Shown here in pieces: positions 53,574 through 63,999 of a stretch of 64,000 nucleotides of DNA. Below the pieces are notes generated by a model. That model did no database searches. It saw nothing but the letters and a program-made list of their open reading frames with translations, and was not told the DNA's origin. Source of the stretch: Patescibacteria group bacterium (GTDB taxonomy: Bacteria > Patescibacteriota > Microgenomatia > Levybacterales > GWA1-39-11); the NCBI GenBank assembly GCA_035549295.1, contig DASZRG010000043.1, forward strand, positions 1,910 through 65,909. The letters run 5' to 3'. Positions within the stretch are counted from its first letter, which is position 1. Every line of letters begins with the position of its first letter. A program made the translations under genes and the position numbers.

Positions 53574-55502
53574 CTAGGCAACCGTTGCGTAAATGCGACG
53601 GTTACTCTTCCCTAGGCTTTCCTCTTTTAATATTTTAAACTCTTTTAGTATGCCTGTAAAATCAACATGAGGCCCCCCGCAAAACTCGATCGAATAGACA
53701 GCGTCCTTTTGACCTCTCTTATGTGTTTTTGAATAAGGATTTGAACCTCCAATAAAATAAACTTTTACATCTTTTGCATATTTATCCTCGAATAGGCCAA
53801 TTGCACCGATTTTTTTTGCCTCTTCGATAGGCAAAATTTCAAAATGTACAGGTAAATTTTCGTTAATTTTTTCATTTACAATTGTCTCGATTTTTTTTAT
53901 CTCTTCATCAGTTAATTTACGATCAAAATTGAAATCAAATCTGACTCTCTCTGATGTGATATTTGAACCCGTCTGATGAACCTCGTCTCCCAGAATATCG
54001 CGTATTGCCTGATGCATGAGATGAGTCGCAGTATGTCCCATAATCGTCTTTTCACTGTGATCTGCAAGACCACCCTTGAACTTCCCGGCTGATGCAGTCC
54101 TTGAATTTTTAGAATGCTCTTCCATTTTTGTCGCAAACGCTTGTAGATCAAAAGTGTATCCAAGACTTTTTATTTGTGTCGGAGATAAACCATGAGTGGT
54201 ATATAAAATAAACGCATCATCAGCTGATATCTCAGTTACGCCCAGCAATTCATCGCCAATTTTTTTATACTTTTTAGCTATAAAACGTTTCGCTTCTCTT
54301 AAAGTGTTTCTGTATTTTTGATCTTCTTCAAGGATGGTATTTTTTATATGCTCATATCTCTCTAAAAGCTTTTCGTCTGTTACCTTATACTGATCGACAA
54401 TTCTATCTAATACCTCAACTATTGATTCACCCCCAAGAGCATAAAAATTATCAAATCCACGACGAAGAAACCGTCTCAAGACATATCCTTGTTCTTTATT
54501 TGAAGGGATAACACCATCTGCTGTAATAAATACTGAAGCAAGCATATGATCAAGGACGATTCTCATCTCTCGCGAATTTGCTTCATACTTTTTTGCAGTA
54601 ACATTTTCAATTGTTGAAATAATTGGAGAGAATAAAGACGTTCTGAAGACATCCTGCTGGTTTTCAATTGCCATCAAAAGGCGCTCAAGTCCTCCGCCAA
54701 AATCAACGTTTGGTTTGGAAAGTGGCGCAAGTCGGCCATCTTCTTGCTTTTTATAAGCCATAAAAACACTATTCCCAATTTCAATAAATCTTCCACAGTC
54801 GCAATTTGGATGACAGTTTTCATCTGCAAATTTACTTTGTTCATGAATTCTCAAATTTTCCCCGAAATCGTAAAATACTTCAGTGCTTGGTCCACCCGGT
54901 TCACCTGCTGGCATCTTGTCAGGAGTTCCAGATCTAGACCACCAATTTTTCTCAGCTCCGTAATATGAAATATGAGACCTGGAATCAATACCTGATGATT
55001 CAAACAAACCTTCCCAAATTGATTCTGCCTCATGATCCAGCTCTAAGTCTTCAAAGCCTTTAAATACTGTTACGTAAAGTTTTTTTGGATCAATGTTTAA
55101 CTCGCGGGTTAAGAATTCAAAAAACCATGGAATTTGGTCTGTTTTGAAATAATCACCGAGTGACCAGTTACCAAGCATTCTAAAAAATGTTGTGTGGCGA
55201 TTGTCTCCTACTTCATCTATATCTTGCGCACGAAAACAGTTCTGAACATTAACAAGCCTTGATCCTTGAGGGTGAGTTTCGCCCAGGAGATATGGAACGA
55301 GTGGCTGCATACCTGAGGAGGTAAACAATGTAGTTGGATCATTGAGTGGAACAAGAGACGAATTTTGAATCATAATATGTCCACGTTGTTCAAAAAACTG
55401 TATATATTTGTTGATTATTTCTTTGGCCGTCATAGCCTCATCATTATAACATGTGCCATCGGAGTAATGGGCATTTGGTAGAAAGTAGTAAGTATTAAGC
55501 AA
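53574..55502 (-). CDS. alaS: Alanine--tRNA ligase, short form lacking the C-terminal C-Ala domain
   Basis: The class II catalytic core (LFTSSGMQP, FRAQDIDEVGDNRHTTFFRMLGNWSLGDYFK) is present, as are the editing-domain HxxxH and CGGPH zinc motifs. At 642 aa it is shorter than the usual roughly 870 aa. Confidence 0.9.
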   Translation of the reverse strand: MLNTYYFLPNAHYSDGTCYNDEAMTAKEIINKYIQFFEQRGHIMIQNSSLVPLNDPTTLFTSSGMQPLVPYLLGETHPQGSRLVNVQNCFRAQDIDEVGDNRHTTFFRMLGNWSLGDYFKTDQIPWFFEFLTRELNIDPKKLYVTVFKGFEDLELDHEAESIWEGLFESSGIDSRSHISYYGAEKNWWSRSGTPDKMPAGEPGGPSTEVFYDFGENLRIHEQSKFADENCHPNCDCGRFIEIGNSVFMAYKKQEDGRLAPLSKPNVDFGGGLERLLMAIENQQDVFRTSLFSPIISTIENVTAKKYEANSREMRIVLDHMLASVFITADGVIPSNKEQGYVLRRFLRRGFDNFYALGGESIVEVLDRIVDQYKVTDEKLLERYEHIKNTILEEDQKYRNTLREAKRFIAKKYKKIGDELLGVTEISADDAFILYTTHGLSPTQIKSLGYTFDLQAFATKMEEHSKNSRTASAGKFKGGLADHSEKTIMGHTATHLMHQAIRDILGDEVHQTGSNITSERVRFDFNFDRKLTDEEIKKIETIVNEKINENLPVHFEILPIEEAKKIGAIGLFEDKYAKDVKVYFIGGSNPYSKTHKRGQKDAVYSIEFCGGPHVDFTGILKEFKILKEESLGKSNRRIYATVA

Positions 55503-55670
55503 TTGTTTTTTAGTGATTAAGACTAAAGTAGTTAGTGATTAAGAAAATTAACTAATCACTTTAATCTTTTAATCCTAATCACTAGCATCTAATCTGATTG
55601 ACAATTGAGCGTAATATTTATATAATTATAGGCTATATCTTCCTCTGCCCATGGGAAAAATAAAATCGCC

Positions 55671-57173
55671 ATGGCCAGAAAAAAACCTAACTTATTTAAT
55701 TCGGTTAAATCAAATCTTTTCAGAACAATCAGTTTGATATTTCAACGTGTACGTTCAGCTAAACTAAAGGATAGATATAAATCTTTAGTTAGCCAGGCAA
55801 ATAAAACAATTGAGAAAAAACCATTTACAGTATTTTTTACACTACTTGGCGTTATTCTTCTTTTAATTATCGTCGGAAGCATAATAAGAAAGCCAAAAGC
55901 TGCTGAGAAAATCACACCCCCTATAAAAACAGTTGAAGTCTATAGAATAGGTACTGCTCCAAGAATCCATGTTCAAGCACAGGTTGAAAAATCGCAAGTC
56001 GCAAAAATAGAAGCTCTATCAGGCGGAGTCGTATCTCAAATTAATGTAGTTGAGGGTCAAACTGTTGAACAAGGCACACCATTGGTCTCCTTAGCATCAA
56101 ATTATAGTGGTGGAAATATGGCAAGTCTTCAAAGACAATTGGCCCAAAACCAATATCAGAATGTTCAAGATACGTATGATGCTCAAAAAGATATCATACA
56201 AAAACAACGACAAGCAGCAGATGAAAACAGGACTAATGAAGACAAAATGCGAGATATTGCAAACGTTTCTGTAACTGATACGCAAGTTTTGGTAAATCTT
56301 GATAACGATATACTATCAACCCTAAATACCAATCTACAGAATTTAGAAAACACTAATACGGGTGGGGTTAATGACCAGATGATACTCTCAACAAAAGAAC
56401 AAATAAGTCAATTCCAAGCAGCTATTGCCCAAGCTGATGCAACACTTCATCAGACAGGATATCAAGCTGATCAAGCAAATCCGCCGTATCAACTTGCGAC
56501 AATTACACACGACGAGACAATCGAGCAACTCAATATTCAAGAAAAAACTCTCGACCTATCACTTGAGGCAAGTAAAATAAATCTTTCTATAGCCCAGGTT
56601 GCTGAGGCAGCTATGTATCCCGTTGCACCGTTTGCTGGAGTGGTTGAGCGAATTTATGTAACAGCTGGACAAAATGTAACTTCAGGCACACCTCTTGTAC
56701 TGATACACGGAGCTGGAGACTTTAAGATAGTTGCGAAATTGCCTGCAAAAACTGCAAAAACAGTTTCAAAACTTGAAACCAGTCAAATTCACATAACCGA
56801 CAAGAAAACGATTAGTGAAAATCCTTCATATATTTCAAATGAAGCAACCGATGGATCTTTGTATGCGGTAATTTTTACAATGGATGCTGCTTACCAAAAC
56901 GATCTATCAGATCAAGGGTTTGTAGATGTTGATATACCTGTTGGATATGCAAATACATCTGAAATTTCACCGTTTATACCTCTTGATTCGGTTTATCAAA
57001 CTCAGAATAATTCTTATGTTTTCGTGAATGATCACGGACATGCAAAAAGCAAAAATGTTACTCTTGGGACAGTTTTTGGACAGTACGTAGAAGTTGAACA
57101 CGGATTGTCGCGCGGCGATGAAATAGTTGTATCAAGAAACGTACTAAATGGTGACCCCCTCAAAACTGAATAA
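55671..57173 (+). CDS. RND efflux membrane-fusion (periplasmic adaptor) subunit
   Basis: An N-terminal TM helix is followed by a biotinyl/lipoyl-like hairpin (VSQINVVEGQTVEQGTPLVSL), a coiled-coil region and a beta-barrel domain. Confidence 0.75.
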   Translation: MARKKPNLFNSVKSNLFRTISLIFQRVRSAKLKDRYKSLVSQANKTIEKKPFTVFFTLLGVILLLIIVGSIIRKPKAAEKITPPIKTVEVYRIGTAPRIHVQAQVEKSQVAKIEALSGGVVSQINVVEGQTVEQGTPLVSLASNYSGGNMASLQRQLAQNQYQNVQDTYDAQKDIIQKQRQAADENRTNEDKMRDIANVSVTDTQVLVNLDNDILSTLNTNLQNLENTNTGGVNDQMILSTKEQISQFQAAIAQADATLHQTGYQADQANPPYQLATITHDETIEQLNIQEKTLDLSLEASKINLSIAQVAEAAMYPVAPFAGVVERIYVTAGQNVTSGTPLVLIHGAGDFKIVAKLPAKTAKTVSKLETSQIHITDKKTISENPSYISNEATDGSLYAVIFTMDAAYQNDLSDQGFVDVDIPVGYANTSEISPFIPLDSVYQTQNNSYVFVNDHGHAKSKNVTLGTVFGQYVEVEHGLSRGDEIVVSRNVLNGDPLKTE

Positions 57174-60100
57174 TGGCAATCAAATCTTATCTGTCAAATT
57201 TAAAATTTGACCCAAAACTTCGAGATTCTTTTAAAGCCAAATATCTAAACAATATACGGCTTGTTATTTTGTTTGTGTTGTTTCTATTTGTAGTTGGAAC
57301 ATCAAGTTTTTTGAGACTTCCAAAAAGACTCAATCCAGAAATTAAAATTCCTATTGTCTCAGTAACTACTGTTCTTCCTGGAGCTGGTCCAAATGATATT
57401 GAATCATTGGTAACGATACCGATAGAAGATGGTCTAAACGGACTGCCCAACAAAACTGATATTGACTCCACTTCGAGTGAATCGGTCTCAAATATTACTA
57501 TCCAATTTACATCTGGAACAGACTCAGAAAAAGCAAAGCAGGATGTTAAATCAGCTCTTGATAGTGTTACGACGCTGCCTACAGATGCGACAGCACCCAC
57601 TATCCAAACCTTTGATATTGAAAATCAACCCGTATGGATATTTGCAATAAAAACAAATGCTGATCCTGCAACCTTATCCCGTTTTGCAACTTCGCTTCAA
57701 GACAAACTTAAATCAAACTCAAATATAGATCACGTTGATATCTCAGGAATCGATAAACAAGAATTTCAAATATTGTTAAAACAAGATACCCTCTCCAACT
57801 ACAATGCCAATCCCATGCAAATTGCTTCTGCTGTTAAAGCGGCTTTGAAGTCATATCCTGCGGGGGATGTCGATACGGAAAATTCTTCTTTTCCAATCGG
57901 AATTGATGCACCAATAACATCTGCGGCTGATATAAGAAACTTAAATATCAATCTCTCGGGAGAAATTTTAAAACTTGGAGATATTGCGACAGTCTCAGAA
58001 AAAACTGCACCTAATGCTCAACAAGCGTACTATGCGGATTCCAATTTTTCAGCGCAAAAAGTTGTGACGTTTTCTGTTTTTAAAACCAAAAGCGCTGATA
58101 TAACAGACGCAGCTGCGGATGCAAAAAAAATAACAAACCAAACAATCTCTTCTTACCAAAATGTTTTTCAGGTGGTAAATGTTCAAGATACTGCAACCGA
58201 AGTTAACAAGCAATTTAACGACCTAATATCCAATTTTATCAGTACAATTATCTTGGTATTTATAACTTTTCTTGTTTTCTTGGGAGTTAGACAAGCCTTA
58301 ATTGTTTCGATAACCATTCCGCTAACATTTTTATCTGCATTTACAGTTATGTATTATGCGGGACTATCAATAAACTTTTTGTCGCTATTTTCACTACTTT
58401 TATCGCTTGGGCTACTCGTTGATGACTCAATCGTTATTATTACTGGAATAACCTCCTATTACAAAACCAAAAAGTTCACACCTCAGGAAGCGGGACTTCT
58501 TGTATGGCGAGACTTTATTGTTCCGATTTGGAGCACGACAATTACAACCGTATGGGCATTTATTCCACTACTTCTTGCAACAGGAATAATTGGTGAATTT
58601 ATCAAAACAATTCCTATTGTTGTAGCCGCTACTCTATACTCTTCAACAACAATTGCCGTTCTTATAACTCTTCCTCTTATGATGGTTACACTTCACTTGA
58701 AAATGCCTAAAAGAGTAAAACTTCTCCTTGTGGCACTTGGAGTTATTTTTCTAATAATGCTTATTTCTCCATTTACATCAGGAAATGCTTTTGGTGGGCT
58801 AATACTTATTCTGTATCTCGCATTTATTTTTGTGACATTTAAGATCAGATATCGAATAGCGGAGAAGATTGCTGAAAGAATTCAACCATCGAATAGAAAA
58901 AGAGTGTCTCAATTCTTTAACCAGTTCCTAAATCGCGGAATAATCGATCTTGAAATAATCGGAGAACGATATAAAGGAATCATCTCAAGAATACTGGAAA
59001 ATAAAAACTCGAGAAGAAAAGTTATTGCTGCCATCATAATCTTCACAGTCTTTGCATATCTTCTAGTTCCAACAGGTTTTGTTGTGAATGAGTTTTTTCC
59101 GAAAGAAAATGCAAACATATTATATGTAACAGAGGAACTTCCGGCTGGAACAAAAATAGAAACTACCAATAGAGAAGCACTGGACTTGGCTAACTTACTC
59201 AGAAAAACGAATGGCGTAAATCATGTTACATCCCAAGTTGGATCAGCAATTGACGAGACGGGAAATAGTTTCGTTTCGGGAAACAACATACTACAGGTAA
59301 CACTCGACCTACCGGATCCTGATAAACAAAAGATCACATCAATTGACATGGCAACCGCGTTACGCGAAAAATTTAAGTCTTACACCAAAGGCAAAATTGC
59401 GGTTGTTGAAGAAAGCGGTGGACCACCTGCTGGCGCTGATGTACAAATACAAATTCTAGGAGATGACTTGCAAAAACTTGATGGCTATGCTGACCAGATA
59501 TCTGCATTTCTTAACAAACAGTCAGGCGTTGTTAACGTAAATAAATCGATAAAACCTGGAGTTAGCAAGATAACTTTCGTTCCAGATTTTGCAAAAATAT
59601 CCCAAAACGGTCTGACAATTGATACCGTAGGTTTTACATTAAGAACATATATCAGTGGAAATAAAATTGACACCGTTAAATTTAACAATTCGACTGATTC
59701 AGAAGATATTGTCCTAAGACAAAATGGAGTAAATGCAAGTCCTGAAGAACTAGGCGCAATAAACATTACAAACCAGCAGGGAGCAGTTATCCCGCTTTCT
59801 GATCTGGGACAGTTCGCCCTAAAAACCAATCCTACCCAAATCACAAGACATAATAACAAGAGGACAATAACAATTTCAGCTGGTGTTTCGGCTGGATATT
59901 CTGTAACGACGATAAATAAAAAACTTGAAGATTTTGCGAATACGAAACTAGGTCTTCCGGATGACTACACATGGCAAACAGGCGGAGTAAATGATGAGAA
60001 TAATAAGTCGGTTCAGTCAATTCTACAAGCCATGCTTTTGGCAGGGATATTAATCTTCGGAACAATGGTCATACAGTTTACATCGTATAGACAAGCTCTC

Positions 60101-60499
60101 CTTGTAATGCTTATTATTCCAATTGCTGTTTCCGGTGTATTTGTAATTTTTGCACTTACTGGAACTCCGCTTTCATTCCCAGCTCTCATTGGAATTCTTT
60201 CACTTTTTGGAATTGTCGTAACTCATGCGATGGTCCTAGTCGATAGAATTAATCTAAATAGAAAATCAGGACTTCCTTTCTCAACTTCTATCGCCGATGC
60301 TGCAGCAGCCAGACTTGAACCAATATTCTTGGGATCATTTACTACTATCGTCGGACTCGTACCAATAACAATTTCAAACCCTCTCTGGCGCGGACTCGGT
60401 GGAGCAATTGTCGCGGGTCTCTCATTCTCAATATTTATAATGCTTTTCTTCGTACCGACAGTATACTATATGTGGTTCAAGCCGAGTTCGGAGAAGTAG
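57173..60499 (+). CDS. RND superfamily efflux transporter permease
   Basis: The 1108 aa ORF has a 12-TM architecture with two large extracytoplasmic loops. Its start overlaps the adaptor stop by 1 nt. Confidence 0.8.
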   Translation: MAIKSYLSNLKFDPKLRDSFKAKYLNNIRLVILFVLFLFVVGTSSFLRLPKRLNPEIKIPIVSVTTVLPGAGPNDIESLVTIPIEDGLNGLPNKTDIDSTSSESVSNITIQFTSGTDSEKAKQDVKSALDSVTTLPTDATAPTIQTFDIENQPVWIFAIKTNADPATLSRFATSLQDKLKSNSNIDHVDISGIDKQEFQILLKQDTLSNYNANPMQIASAVKAALKSYPAGDVDTENSSFPIGIDAPITSAADIRNLNINLSGEILKLGDIATVSEKTAPNAQQAYYADSNFSAQKVVTFSVFKTKSADITDAAADAKKITNQTISSYQNVFQVVNVQDTATEVNKQFNDLISNFISTIILVFITFLVFLGVRQALIVSITIPLTFLSAFTVMYYAGLSINFLSLFSLLLSLGLLVDDSIVIITGITSYYKTKKFTPQEAGLLVWRDFIVPIWSTTITTVWAFIPLLLATGIIGEFIKTIPIVVAATLYSSTTIAVLITLPLMMVTLHLKMPKRVKLLLVALGVIFLIMLISPFTSGNAFGGLILILYLAFIFVTFKIRYRIAEKIAERIQPSNRKRVSQFFNQFLNRGIIDLEIIGERYKGIISRILENKNSRRKVIAAIIIFTVFAYLLVPTGFVVNEFFPKENANILYVTEELPAGTKIETTNREALDLANLLRKTNGVNHVTSQVGSAIDETGNSFVSGNNILQVTLDLPDPDKQKITSIDMATALREKFKSYTKGKIAVVEESGGPPAGADVQIQILGDDLQKLDGYADQISAFLNKQSGVVNVNKSIKPGVSKITFVPDFAKISQNGLTIDTVGFTLRTYISGNKIDTVKFNNSTDSEDIVLRQNGVNASPEELGAINITNQQGAVIPLSDLGQFALKTNPTQITRHNNKRTITISAGVSAGYSVTTINKKLEDFANTKLGLPDDYTWQTGGVNDENNKSVQSILQAMLLAGILIFGTMVIQFTSYRQALLVMLIIPIAVSGVFVIFALTGTPLSFPALIGILSLFGIVVTHAMVLVDRINLNRKSGLPFSTSIADAAAARLEPIFLGSFTTIVGLVPITISNPLWRGLGGAIVAGLSFSIFIMLFFVPTVYYMWFKPSSEK

Positions 60500-60537
60500 A
60501 GTATCAAGGGTATCAGGAGTATCAAGAGTATCACGAG
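60499..60537 (+). repeat. Tandem array of four 9-mers (GTATCAAGG GTATCAGGA GTATCAAGA GTATCACGA) starting at the RND gene stop codon
   Basis: Read directly. It has the same unit as the 24388-24498 arrays and as the 5' end of the 110 nt element. Confidence 0.85.
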
Positions 60538-60556
60538 CTGATTTCCAATTTACATT

Positions 60557-60603
60557 TGACAATTGACCATTGACCCCGATTGAATCGGGGCTGACAATTG
60601 ACC
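60557..60603. repeat. GC hairpin CCCCGATTGAATCGGGG flanked by direct repeats TGACAATTGACC
   Basis: Read directly. The GTCAATTGAC palindrome motif recurs at 31879-31912, 48664-48690 and 55598-55608. This instance lies between the convergent RND gene and the 60725..61468 gene. Confidence 0.7.
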
Positions 60604-60724
60604 GATAAAACTCGTTAACTCGTAGCTTTGCTTAATACTTACTACAGAATACTTTATACAGGAGATAACCTGGGGACTACGCTATGAATTCTCGGAGTGG
60701 GCAATCTGTTGTTTACACGAAGCT

Positions 60725-61468
60725 TTAATAAGCATAAGAGGGATTCGTGTGTACTTTCTTAAGATTTATATTCATATCATATTCAATTGCATATTTGATG
60801 TTTTCAGCAGGTATATCGGGTATTGTAATTTCCTCCTCATCTACTTGTTTAAATGCCTTACTCCCAACATCAACAATACTATAAGGATCGATAATATAAA
60901 CAAATCGACTGATAGTATTATTGGGTATATTAATCTCCTCTGGATAACGTACTGCTATATCTAAAAATGGAGTATTATAAATTACGTCCGTATCCGCGTT
61001 GTCTGGATCCTGCATTGCCTTAAATCCTGTTGTAAACATTCCCCCGTCTCCCTCTGGACGTCTCAAATCACCGCGGAATAAAAAGTCCATATCAATAGAT
61101 TCTTTTATTATCTCTTCCAGTCCCCTACTTAATTCTTCTGGTTCAGCAATACTATCAACCCTAGAAGAGAAAACACCACCATCTCCACTACTTCTCATTT
61201 CGTCGATGATACCTTTTATTCTTCTATCTATAAGTCTTTGTTTTTTAATCTTTTCTTCTTCTTTTGCTTTTCTAAAATTATCCTGAAATCTTGCGGCTGG
61301 AAACTTACTGATAAATGCACCCATATCAACGACTATATAGTCATCTTCGCCTCTTCTTTCGAACCCATTAACTGTTCCTATCATTCCTTTCTTATTTGCA
61401 ACCCTATCTCCAGGAGAAAAAACTGGTGTTCCATCATTTATCTCTATAGATGAAGTATCTTCCGCCAT
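60725..61468 (-). CDS. Hypothetical acidic protein (247 aa)
   Basis: Clean ORF; no recognised motif. Confidence 0.45.
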   Translation of the reverse strand: MAEDTSSIEINDGTPVFSPGDRVANKKGMIGTVNGFERRGEDDYIVVDMGAFISKFPAARFQDNFRKAKEEEKIKKQRLIDRRIKGIIDEMRSSGDGGVFSSRVDSIAEPEELSRGLEEIIKESIDMDFLFRGDLRRPEGDGGMFTTGFKAMQDPDNADTDVIYNTPFLDIAVRYPEEINIPNNTISRFVYIIDPYSIVDVGSKAFKQVDEEEITIPDIPAENIKYAIEYDMNINLKKVHTNPSYAY

Positions 61469-61472
61469 ATGC

Positions 61473-62147
61473 TTACATTACAATAAATTCTCTTAGAGGG
61501 CAATCTGCGTGTTTACATGAAGCTTTACAATAAGTTCTACCATACCAAATAAGTCCCAAGCCAAATTCTCGCCAGTCTTTTTGTGGAACAATTTCCATAA
61601 GATCTTTTTCAATTTTTACAGGATCTGAATTTTTTGAAAGACCAAATAGATTTGATAAACGCTTAACGTGAGTATCAACTACTACACCTTCTGATTTACC
61701 AAAGGCTTCTTGCAAAATTACGTTTGCAGTTTTGCGACCGATAAAAGGAAGCTCTAATAATTCCTCCATCGTCTCAGGCATTTTTCCTTTGTATTTTTCC
61801 GCAACAATATCTGCTGCATTTTTGATAGCTTTTGATTTTCCTTTATGAAAATTTATACTCTTAATATCAGTGTCAAATTCTTCAAGCGATGCTGTTCGAT
61901 AGTCTTCAAGCTTTTTATATTTCTTAAACAACGACTCAGTAACTTTATTCACACCAACGTCTGTCTGTTGAGCCGAAAGTGCTACAGCAACATATAACTC
62001 CCACGGATTACTATGATTAAGTGGTGTTTTGGCGTGAGGAAAAAGTTTTTTTAATTGAGCACTTATCTTTTCAGCCTTTTGTTTCTTGTCCATATCGCAA
62101 TTGTCATTCTGAACTTGTTTCAGAATCTCGTCTAGGTCCTGAATCAA
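61473..62147 (-). CDS. nth: Endonuclease III (HhH-GPD DNA glycosylase/lyase with a 4Fe-4S cluster)
   Basis: The helix-hairpin-helix motif LPFIGRKTANVIL is followed by the C-terminal cluster ligands C-x6-C-x2-C-x5-C (CKASCKHADCPLREFIV). Confidence 0.9.
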   Translation of the reverse strand: MIQDLDEILKQVQNDNCDMDKKQKAEKISAQLKKLFPHAKTPLNHSNPWELYVAVALSAQQTDVGVNKVTESLFKKYKKLEDYRTASLEEFDTDIKSINFHKGKSKAIKNAADIVAEKYKGKMPETMEELLELPFIGRKTANVILQEAFGKSEGVVVDTHVKRLSNLFGLSKNSDPVKIEKDLMEIVPQKDWREFGLGLIWYGRTYCKASCKHADCPLREFIVM

Positions 62148-62165
62148 GTTCAGGACGGCGTGGTT

Positions 62166-63161
62166 TTACTCTCCAATAATCTCTCCAAACACTTTTGCAA
62201 GTCGCTTCGGGTCGTGTCGAATCATGCTTCTTTTAACTATATCTCCCTGCTGTGCCTCTATCTCTTTTCTAAACAAAATTGGAGCTCTTATAACTTTCAT
62301 GGCAGGCGGCAAATCTTTATATGAATCAAGATCATCAACTACAGGAATTGAGAATTCGTCTTTATACTTTTCAATAGTACTCGCGGGGAATTTAGTATCA
62401 TTGTTTATGAGAACAATATTTATTCTATCAATAGGCATGTATTGCTTCAGATCCTCGAGATATTGTGACGCAGTATAGTTGTACGCCTCTCCATATTTTG
62501 TCATGAGATTCATAACAAATACAATTTTGCCACCCGATGCATTGAGAGCATCAACCACTCCATTAATAACAAGATTTGCCACAGTATTGGTATAGAAATC
62601 ACCGGGACCAAGAATAATTGTGTCAGCTTCAAGAATTGCTTCACGTGCCTTCTCAGTCACAGTAGCGTCAGGTCTTGTAAAAAGCTTTGTGATTTTGAGC
62701 TTTCCATCATGTTCTGGCTCATCAATAAGATGCTCCCCTACTACTTCTGAGCCGTCTTCGTAATGCGCTACAAGTCTCACATCTTCATGAGATATCGGAA
62801 GAATACGACCCTTAACCTTTAAAATTTCTGACGTCTGCTCAATCGCTTTCTCTTGTGACCCAACAATATCCGTAACGGCTGCTAGAAAAAGATTACCAAA
62901 CGTCATTCCAGAAATTCCCTGACCTTTGTTATAACGATACATGAAAAGCTCACGAAGAAGAGATGGCTTTGAAGAAAGAGCTGCCAAAGCAAGCCTAACA
63001 CCCGACGTGGGAAGAAGACCAAATTCGTCGCGGAGAACCTTGTTGGAGCCTCCATCATCAACCATCGTTAAAAGGGCTGTTAGATCATAACCCTTATTAT
63101 GAAGCGACGAAAGGACAGTATAGGTACCCGTTCCACCACCTATAACTACGACTTTTTTCAT
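62166..63161 (-). CDS. YvcK / CofD-like (UPF0052, gluconeogenesis-factor family) protein. The tracked ORF extends to 63224
   Basis: The N-terminus MKKVVVIGGGTGTYTVLSSL is followed by the DDGGS motif typical of the YvcK/CofD family. The upstream in-frame ATG at 63224 would add 21 non-conserved residues. Confidence 0.8.
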   Translation of the reverse strand: MKKVVVIGGGTGTYTVLSSLHNKGYDLTALLTMVDDGGSNKVLRDEFGLLPTSGVRLALAALSSKPSLLRELFMYRYNKGQGISGMTFGNLFLAAVTDIVGSQEKAIEQTSEILKVKGRILPISHEDVRLVAHYEDGSEVVGEHLIDEPEHDGKLKITKLFTRPDATVTEKAREAILEADTIILGPGDFYTNTVANLVINGVVDALNASGGKIVFVMNLMTKYGEAYNYTASQYLEDLKQYMPIDRINIVLINNDTKFPASTIEKYKDEFSIPVVDDLDSYKDLPPAMKVIRAPILFRKEIEAQQGDIVKRSMIRHDPKRLAKVFGEIIGE

Positions 63162-63365
63162 GCGTGATCGTATTATAGCATCATGAATGCTCTCATGCGA
63201 GCCTATAGAATTGCAATTGAACACGCTTCCCCAATTTACCCGAATACAATCGAATAAACCCGAATGCCCGGTTTGAATAATATTCTTTAGATAAACACAA
63301 GCGTTCGTTAATCATAGTACTATTCGAGAGTCATTCGGGGCATTCGGGAAAATTAGGGCACAGAG

Positions 63366-63746
63366 TTACTTCTTCTTAATCCCTCTAAATAGGCGTTTTT
63401 TAGAGCTGGAACTTTTTGTGGCAGTCACTTCTTTAACTGGCTCATCAGGCTCTGCTTCGTCAATTTTCTCATCAATAACATCTTCCTCAACAATTTCAGA
63501 TTTTATATCCTCAGCTGCCTGAATTTCATCTTCTTCGTCAAGAATCGTGACAGGAGGCTTGACTTTTTGAGTATGTTTTTTCTCCTCAATAAAGTCCTCG
63601 ACCATTTCAAGGCCAAGACCGGTAATTTCTTTGAGAATCCTTCTACCCTTTTTTGTAACAAGCAAAGAGGCAAAAATGGCGCCTAATATAAAGCCCCACA
63701 GAAATGCGTTGGTTCCGTTTTTAGCATGCTTATTCGTCTCCATCAC
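63366..63746 (-). CDS. Small membrane protein (126 aa, YtxH/DUF948-like N-terminus) with an acidic tail
   Basis: A single TM helix (AFLWGFILGAIFASLLV) is followed by a Glu/Asp-rich region. Confidence 0.4.
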   Translation of the reverse strand: MMETNKHAKNGTNAFLWGFILGAIFASLLVTKKGRRILKEITGLGLEMVEDFIEEKKHTQKVKPPVTILDEEDEIQAAEDIKSEIVEEDVIDEKIDEAEPDEPVKEVTATKSSSSKKRLFRGIKKK

Positions 63747-63999
63747 TTTCCTTTACACGCTTTAAAATTTTTGAGATCGTGGAAAGGGATTTTGAAGAAA
63801 AAAGAAGGCCTGACAGAAACGACATAGGCTCAGATACTGATTCTGTGATATTCTCAGTGTTTTCAAGAATTTTTGTCGCGTGAAAAAGAGTTTGCTTCAA
63901 CTCCCGAAGTATGAAGAAGACTTGCACACCAAGTACAAGAAGAAGTAGAGTCAGTAAAACAATCACGACAAGCAAAACTGCCTGGACAGGGTCGATCAT
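63730..63999 (-). CDS. Small membrane protein (89 aa)
   Basis: A single TM helix (AVLLVVIVLLTLLLLVLGVQVFFIL). It overlaps the downstream gene by 17 nt. Confidence 0.35.
   Translation of the reverse strand: MIDPVQAVLLVVIVLLTLLLLVLGVQVFFILRELKQTLFHATKILENTENITESVSEPMSFLSGLLFSSKSLSTISKILKRVKESDGDE

Noticed and set aside
1393-60603. Could the many short repeats constitute a CRISPR array?
   Set aside because: The repeats are heterogeneous families with variable unit sequence. They are not separated by unique spacers of constant length, and they sit singly between genes rather than in one array. No cas genes are present.
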